Below, in pieces: positions 19,029 through 24,019 of a DNA stretch of 24,019 nucleotides. This DNA is from Planctomycetota bacterium. GTDB lineage: Bacteria > Planctomycetota > UBA1135. The stretch's first letter is position 1. Each line of letters begins with the position of its first letter. The position numbers and the translations under genes are program-made. The notes under the pieces were generated by a model. The model was not told the origin of the DNA. It did not search any database and was given only the letters and a program-made list of their open reading frames with translations. Location of the stretch: contig JASFYO010000040.1 of assembly GCA_045047305.1 (NCBI GenBank), forward strand, positions 1 through 24,019, read 5' to 3'.

Positions 19029-20099
19029 ATGAAAAGACCCCCTAAATCCAAATCCATCCAAAAAGCAAGGAAGGAACGCAATCGCCTGACCTTCCGTTGG
19101 ATCATCGCAGGGCTAAGCGGAGTTGCAGGGGTGCTGCTCGGAGGCCTGGTCTATTACTGGATTCAGGAAATGAATCCGCCTCCTTACCGTCCGGCGAATG
19201 TTGCCACCGGAGCAGAAAGTTTCGCCCTCTGGTGGTTTGAGTTTGCGCACCGTTGGCAGCTGGTGTTTGCAGCGGCGACCTCGGGCACCTTTGGGGTGCT
19301 CCTGCCAGCGCTCAGCTTTCTGGAGAGAAGGAAGGAGGTCGCCACGCGGGTCTTTGGCACCGGGATTGCGGTGATTGGGATTAACGGCGTGGCCCTTGCG
19401 TGGGATGGTGGATTCTCGGCTTGGGAGATCGTCATCCCGGCTTTCCTAAGCAGTTTTCTAACCATGCTCCTGCTCGGCACGGAAGGCCCACCGGTAACCG
19501 AAGACCCGCTGATCCGCAAACATGTACCGACTTCCATTCCTCCAAGTCCCGCTTCCGAGCACGACCCAAACGCGGCCTGGAGTCTTCGCCACGATTCCAC
19601 CAAAGAGGAGTTTGTCGAAGACACCGTCGCACTTTACTTCCTTCCCGGCACTCTGACCTTCCGCAGCATTTTTGAAAGCCTCGGCATCGTCCTGGTCTTT
19701 CTTCTGCTGCACTTTATTTTGCCCGAGGCTCTCCCCCAGCGCGCGCTCCTTTTGAGTGTTGGTGCGGCGGCCTGCATATTCTTGAATTGGACGCGCTTTG
19801 AACGAAAGACGAAACGCCAAATGGCCGCGGCCTCGACTGAAAAGCTTGAACTGTCCTTTCCCATCACCGAGGATTGGGAGTTAGATGAGGAACACTTAAC
19901 GCATCGTATGGGAGATACGGAAACCAAACTCTCTTGGGACACTCTTGAGAGCTTTCAGGTGCTGAAAAATGGATTCCACATGACCTTTCGTGAATCGGGT
20001 GCCAGCTATATCCCTTACCGAGCCTTCGCTGATAACAAGGAGCAACGTCGCTGGGGTGCGCGATTTCGATCGCATCTGGCACAGAAGGCGGATTCGTAG
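19029..20099 (+). CDS. multi-pass membrane protein with C-terminal YcxB-like domain
   Basis: About 4 N-terminal TM helices, a Pro-rich linker, 2 more TM helices, then WELDEEHL..ETKLSW..F..YIPYRAF, the YcxB-like 'W..IP.RAF' pattern. Confidence 0.65.
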   Translation: MKRPPKSKSIQKARKERNRLTFRWIIAGLSGVAGVLLGGLVYYWIQEMNPPPYRPANVATGAESFALWWFEFAHRWQLVFAAATSGTFGVLLPALSFLERRKEVATRVFGTGIAVIGINGVALAWDGGFSAWEIVIPAFLSSFLTMLLLGTEGPPVTEDPLIRKHVPTSIPPSPASEHDPNAAWSLRHDSTKEEFVEDTVALYFLPGTLTFRSIFESLGIVLVFLLLHFILPEALPQRALLLSVGAAACIFLNWTRFERKTKRQMAAASTEKLELSFPITEDWELDEEHLTHRMGDTETKLSWDTLESFQVLKNGFHMTFRESGASYIPYRAFADNKEQRRWGARFRSHLAQKADS

Positions 20100-20217
20100 C
20101 TGGATTGATTTGCAAGCGATTGCCACCCCCAGCGGCCAAAAAATATTTCCGGCATGCGAAAGCACCCTGACAAATCTCAATGTACGAATGCCGAATTCGA
20201 TGCGGACGCTCTTGATT

Positions 20218-21078
20218 TCAAACACCACCGGCCTGCCGCAACAAGGGCCATAGGAAGTCATGCAGGGTTTGAATAACCTGTGCCAGCGGAGGAGCGGCTA
20301 AGTCATTCTTGCGCAGAAAAGCCTGCCATTGGGTTTGCTTGTCCTTGTCCTCGGCAAAAGCTTGCGTCAGCGCCAACGGGCAGGTGTCAGGCAGAGGGGT
20401 TTGCCGCCGCTCGAATGTGGCGCGTATCGCACGGATCAGAACAGCGGTATCAAAAGTCCGGTTTTGCGCCAGCCAGTGCAGATCGTAAAAATCTTTCATA
20501 CGGCTGTTCAGTCGCCCTAGCTTGACCGCCGCTTCCAGTTTCTCGGCAATCACCGTTTCGGGTGGATACGCGCGTAGCGTCGGCGCGGGCAGGTCCAGCA
20601 GGCTTGGCCAGGTAATCATTGTGGCCCCGGGGGTGATGGCATCGCCAAAGCCGACATCGACCTGGACGCGAATCTGCGCGCCGTGCAACAAAGCCACCCA
20701 GCCCAGACGGATGCCGCCGTATTCCGCCTCCTTGCGAATCGGTGCCACCTGAAGTGTGCCCGCATCCCAAATCAGGCCGTCATCGGGCATATCCGGCAAT
20801 TGTGCAAGCTCGGCAAAGATGGCGTGCATTGCCTCGGCCGAACTATCTCCATAGCCCAGGAAGTCCACATCGCGCGTGGGTCGGTGTGGCGTGCCCGCCC
20901 ATAGTGCGAACAATTGGGCACCCTTGAGCACGAAGCGATCGGCATAGGGGCTTTGGCTCAGGCGGTACAGCAGGCGTTCCAGTGCATAGCGTTCGAGCAA
21001 TGCCTGGAAATCACCGCCCTCTTTGCGAAAACGTGCTTTCAGCTTGGCGAAGACGCTTTCGGCTTTGGATGAGCTCAC
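20218..21078 (-). CDS. abiEii: AbiEii/AbiGii-family nucleotidyltransferase toxin (type IV TA)
   Basis: ERYALERLLYRL, FVLKGA, RPTRDVDF, VDVGFGD, ETVIAEKLEA, NSRMKDFYD. GTG start overlaps the antitoxin TGA, with GGAGG 7 nt upstream. Confidence 0.9.
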   Translation of the reverse strand: MSSSKAESVFAKLKARFRKEGGDFQALLERYALERLLYRLSQSPYADRFVLKGAQLFALWAGTPHRPTRDVDFLGYGDSSAEAMHAIFAELAQLPDMPDDGLIWDAGTLQVAPIRKEAEYGGIRLGWVALLHGAQIRVQVDVGFGDAITPGATMITWPSLLDLPAPTLRAYPPETVIAEKLEAAVKLGRLNSRMKDFYDLHWLAQNRTFDTAVLIRAIRATFERRQTPLPDTCPLALTQAFAEDKDKQTQWQAFLRKNDLAAPPLAQVIQTLHDFLWPLLRQAGGV

Positions 21079-21677
21079 ACCAATGCCTCCATCCATGGAC
21101 GCAGAATACCGCTGACCCGAAAACGCTCGCCCAAAGCATCCAGCTCGGCCGGTGTTGCCAGTTTGCGTTTCAGCACCTCGCGCAGTGCTTCCTGACAAGT
21201 GTCCAGCCCGACCTTGCGCCGATGCTTGATGCATTCCACCACCGTGCGCGGCGGTGACGTGATGCGCGCCACCCCCGATGGGAGACGGTACGTTTCCACC
21301 GCTTCCTGCAGTGCCCAATCAGCCAGGGTAATGGTGTGCAGTGGCATATCTTTGGGTGGGCGGTACCCGCGCGGTAGACCCAACCACACCTTTCGGGGTT
21401 GCTGCGATCCGATACCGTGAAAAGCCAGTGCCGAAAGCAGGCACACAACCCCTTGCGGCACGCGGGCACAGGCCTCGACCAGTGTCATGTGCGGGTCAAA
21501 CGGCGCATTTGGAAAGGTGTACACCCCGCGCGCCACGCGCTGAATACGCCCGTCATGCACCATGCGCGTCAGCATGGACGCAGAAAAACCTGCCGCATTC
21601 AGCTGTGCCGTCGTTTGCGAACCTGCCTGGTGCAAGTGCGCCAGGAGAGAAGCCGCTTGATCTGCGTGGCGTGCCAT
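21075..21677 (-). CDS. abiEi: AbiEi-family antitoxin / transcriptional autorepressor (type IV TA)
   Basis: wHTH segment LTRMVHDGRIQRVARGVY, GVVCLLSALAFHG, TSPPRTVVECIKHRRKVGLD. Translationally coupled to the toxin. Confidence 0.9.
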   Translation of the reverse strand: MARHADQAASLLAHLHQAGSQTTAQLNAAGFSASMLTRMVHDGRIQRVARGVYTFPNAPFDPHMTLVEACARVPQGVVCLLSALAFHGIGSQQPRKVWLGLPRGYRPPKDMPLHTITLADWALQEAVETYRLPSGVARITSPPRTVVECIKHRRKVGLDTCQEALREVLKRKLATPAELDALGERFRVSGILRPWMEALV

Positions 21678-21683
21678 GAAGCG

Positions 21684-21727
21684 ATTCTAGAAGTAATTAC
21701 ATCAACTTCAATCAATCTGATGTAATT
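21684..21727 (-). promoter_or_regulatory. abiE promoter with inverted-repeat operator
   Basis: Minus strand reads TTGAAG-16 nt-TAGAAT-6 nt-ATG. Perfect 10-bp IR AATTACATCA (21695-704) / TGATGTAATT (21718-727) flanks the -35. Confidence 0.7.
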
Positions 21728-21769
21728 CCTTTCAGAGAGAGCTTCTTCACACAGGAGGGTGCCGAGAAC

Positions 21770-21973
21770 CTGACGCATCGCATGGGAGATACAGAGACCA
21801 AACTCTCTTGGGCCGTCCTCGAAAACTTCCAGGAGCTTAAAGATGGGTTTCACCTAGTCTTCCATGAAACAGGGGCCAGCTATATCCCCTACCGCGCTTT
21901 TGCAGATGCCAAGGAACAGAGGCTTTGGGGTGCGCGGCTGCGGTTGTATTGGATGAAGAAGGCAGACGCATAG
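21770..21973 (+). pseudogene. orphan diverged copy of the YcxB-like C-terminus (repeat of 19896-20099)
   Basis: LTHRMGDTETKLSWAVLENFQELKDGFH..GASYIPYRAFADAKEQRLWGAR..KADA*; hand count gives 49/67 aa identical, with no indels and the same stop position. Confidence 0.85.
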
Positions 21974-22040
21974 TTCGAGATTTTGGTGTCGTGCGGGGTG
22001 CACGTGCGTCTTCTTTCCCGAGGAGAGAGATTCTCTATTC

Positions 22041-22083
22041 ATGATTGTCAAAGATTGACAATCATTGACATAGCCACTACGGT
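22041..22083 (+). promoter_or_regulatory. parDE promoter with palindromic operator
   Basis: Perfect 11-bp IR ATGATTGTCAA-aga-TTGACAATCAT (22041-65). TTGACA (22055-60)-17 nt-TACGGT (22078-83)-6 nt-ATG. Confidence 0.7.
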
Positions 22084-22089
22084 GGGTAC

Positions 22090-22356
22090 ATGAATGTCAG
22101 CCTCACTCCAGAACTCGAAACCATGGTGCAAAACAAAGTCCTCTCTGGTCTCTACAACAGCCAAAGTGAGGTGGTTCGTGAGGCGCTTCGCCTGCTGGCC
22201 GAACAGGACAAAATCCGTAGTGCTCATATGGATCATTTGCAAGCAGCTCTCGCGCAAGGATTGGCGCAAGCCGCATGCGGCGAGTTGGTAGATGGGCCCG
22301 GAGCGGTAGCTAAATTGCGCAAGGGAATAAAAAAACGCGTAAACAAAAGAGATTGA
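22090..22356 (+). CDS. parD: ParD-family (RHH) antitoxin, type II TA
   Basis: MNVSLTPELE..V.SGLYNSQSEVVREALRLL is a hallmark of this family; 88 aa. Confidence 0.9.
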   Translation: MNVSLTPELETMVQNKVLSGLYNSQSEVVREALRLLAEQDKIRSAHMDHLQAALAQGLAQAACGELVDGPGAVAKLRKGIKKRVNKRD

Positions 22357-22661
22357 GTTCCTATCGTTTTACAACTCAGGCGCATGCCGGGCTGGCAGGG
22401 ATCTTGGTGGATGTTGAAGCTCGATTTGGATCCGACATGGCCACCAAAGTTTTGGAGCGCATTTGGCAAGCCCTTGAATTGATAGTCGCCTCTCCAAGTC
22501 TTGGGCATCGCCGAGAAGACATCACCCAACTTGGGCATATCTATTTCTGGCACGTTGGCCCCACCCTAATTGCCTACCAAGTGCATGCATGCCAAGTAGA
22601 GATTTTATTCATAGAACGAGGGGAAAGAGATTGGGCAGCATTCGCTGAGGAGAATTCCTAA
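22353..22661 (+). CDS. parE: ParE/RelE-family toxin, type II TA
   Basis: YRFTTQA...PSLGHRREDI..LIAY..VEILFI; 102 aa; TTG start overlaps the antitoxin stop. Confidence 0.8.
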   Translation: MSSYRFTTQAHAGLAGILVDVEARFGSDMATKVLERIWQALELIVASPSLGHRREDITQLGHIYFWHVGPTLIAYQVHACQVEILFIERGERDWAAFAEENS

Positions 22662-22813
22662 TCCCAAAATGACTCGGCAAGGGGTGGCTAGGTAAGCCAA
22701 CATTTCGCCCCTGGGGGCACAGGGTTCTCTCAAGAATCCTGTCTGGAATATTCAAAGTGTGCAAGTTGGGGCTCTACAACGATCAAGAGCGGCCTTGATG
22801 GACAATCCACCCA

Positions 22814-22868
22814 TTTATCAATCATTATTTACTTATTTGTGATGGATAAACCGATAAGATATCCATCA
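22814..22868 (+). promoter_or_regulatory. operator/promoter of the Fic gene
   Basis: IR TGATGGATA (22840-48) / TATCCATCA (22860-68) overlaps the ATG. A third half-site TTTATCAATCA lies at 22814-24. A -10-like TAAGAT (22855-60) sits 7 nt before the ATG. Confidence 0.55.
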
Positions 22869-24019
22869 TGACCTGGAACTGGCAGCAATCCGACTGGCCC
22901 CATTTCACTTGGGACCGCTCGCGATTAGCGGCAGCAGAGGAGCAATTCCTGCTACGCGGCGGTGTCTTTTTGGGCAATCTTGAGCACTTGAATGAGGCCA
23001 GCCGCGAACAAATCACGGTCGACAGCTTGTCGGTGGAAGCTCACACTACCTCTGAGATTGAAGGCGAAATTCTAAACCGCGACAGCGTGCAATCCTCCAT
23101 CCGTCGCCAGCTTGGATTGCAACATGATGGACGTAGCGCATTGGCTGCGGAAAACGGGATTGCCGAGATGATGATCGACCTTTTTCGCAGCAGCCAAAAC
23201 ACACTGCAAAAGAACACACTTTGCGCTTGGCACTCCATGCTTTGCCATGGGCGACGCGACCTCCATGACATCGGCCGCTATCGCAAGCATGCAGAATCTA
23301 TGCAGGTAGTTTCTGGGCGACTTGATAAACCACGCGTGCATTTTTCGGCGCCACCCTCCTCTCAAATGCAATCCGAAATGGACCGGTTCCTGGAATGGTT
23401 TCGGGAAACGGCACCCGATGGAAACGAACCTTTACCTGGGCTTACCCGCTCTGGGATTGCGCATTTGTTTTTCGTTTCCATCCACCCCTTCGAAGATGGC
23501 AATGGGCGCATGGGGCGCGCGATTGCGGAGAAGGCACTGGCTCAATCCTTAGGTGAACCCAGCTTGATTGCACTGGCCTCCACCATTCTCCTTCGACGCC
23601 GCGCATATTATTCTGCGTTGGAAGCGGCGAATCAATCGAATGAGATTACCGACTGGTTAGCTTGGTCGGCCGGCATCACCCTGGAAGCGCAACGGCGAAG
23701 CCAAGCGCAAGTTTCCTTCACGCTGGAGAAGGCGCGGTTCCTAGAGCGTTTCCGCGATTTACTCAATACACGTCAGGAAATGGTCTTGCAGCGTATGTTC
23801 CAAGAAGGGCTCGGCGGTTTTAAAGGCGGGCTCAGTGCAAACAACTACACCAGTATTGCGAAAACTTCATCCGCAACCGCTACGCGCGATTTAGGAGACT
23901 TAGTTGAAAAAGGCGCATTGCATAAAACTGGCGAGCGCAAGGGGACGCGATACACACTCGCCATTTCAGAGATTCCGCTGCAACGTGCGGTGGTCAGGGA
24001 AGACGGAAAAGTTGATTGG
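22868..24019 (+). CDS. Fic/DOC family protein with N-terminal DUF4172-like domain and C-terminal HTH; 3'-partial (absent from the ORF track because it has no stop in the window)
   Basis: MTWNWQQSDWPHFTW, TSEIEGE.LNRDSVQSSIRRQLGL, the Fic motif HPFEDGNGRMGR, and C-terminal TSSATATRDLGDLVEKGAL..TGERKGTRY. Confidence 0.92.
   Translation, partial: MTWNWQQSDWPHFTWDRSRLAAAEEQFLLRGGVFLGNLEHLNEASREQITVDSLSVEAHTTSEIEGEILNRDSVQSSIRRQLGLQHDGRSALAAENGIAEMMIDLFRSSQNTLQKNTLCAWHSMLCHGRRDLHDIGRYRKHAESMQVVSGRLDKPRVHFSAPPSSQMQSEMDRFLEWFRETAPDGNEPLPGLTRSGIAHLFFVSIHPFEDGNGRMGRAIAEKALAQSLGEPSLIALASTILLRRRAYYSALEAANQSNEITDWLAWSAGITLEAQRRSQAQVSFTLEKARFLERFRDLLNTRQEMVLQRMFQEGLGGFKGGLSANNYTSIAKTSSATATRDLGDLVEKGALHKTGERKGTRYTLAISEIPLQRAVVREDGKVDW

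Noticed and set aside
21079..21318. N-terminal extension of the AbiEii ORF
   Set aside because: Overlaps abiEi; the GTG at 21078 has an SD and is coupled to the antitoxin stop.
22678..22715. GC-rich hairpin after parE
   Set aside because: Imperfect stem with no U-tract, so it cannot be called a terminator.
1..24019. CRISPR array, tRNA/rRNA, integron attC array, transposase or integrase
   Set aside because: No regularly spaced repeats, RNA-gene signatures or recombinase motifs were seen.

Overview
A mosaic bacterial window with four blocks. (1) 1-3660, + strand: the 3' part of a kinase-fold/TM/FGE-sulfatase-domain gene (architecture typical of myxobacteria), purB, and a purC that appears to break off just before its normal C-terminus. 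(2) 3661-~9000, - strand: a tightly packed metabolic cluster encoding a membrane-anchored FMN-binding glutamate-synthase-family protein, a DoxX-like protein, a ThDP 'acetolactate synthase-like' enzyme, an aldehyde dehydrogenase and a Na+/solute symporter remnant. It may be a glutamate -> 2-oxoglutarate -> succinic semialdehyde -> succinate route. (3) ~9100-18547, - strand: a defence island, in transcription order hsdR, hsdS, an RloC-like AAA_13/zinc-hook/HEPN gene, a decayed hsdM 5' copy, rhuM with an internal deletion, intact hsdM, a UvrD/GajB-like remnant and a frameshifted AbiEi. (4) 18548-24019: an intergenic nested inverted repeat, a YcxB-domain membrane gene whose diverged 3' copy brackets an AbiEi/AbiEii pair, ParD/ParE, and a Fic (DUF4172-type) gene running off the window. 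The four TA/Fic promoters all look leaderless and carry operator-like repeats. Many genes end at abrupt deletion junctions, so either real decay or an assembly chimera is possible. All family calls come from motif recognition, not database searches.
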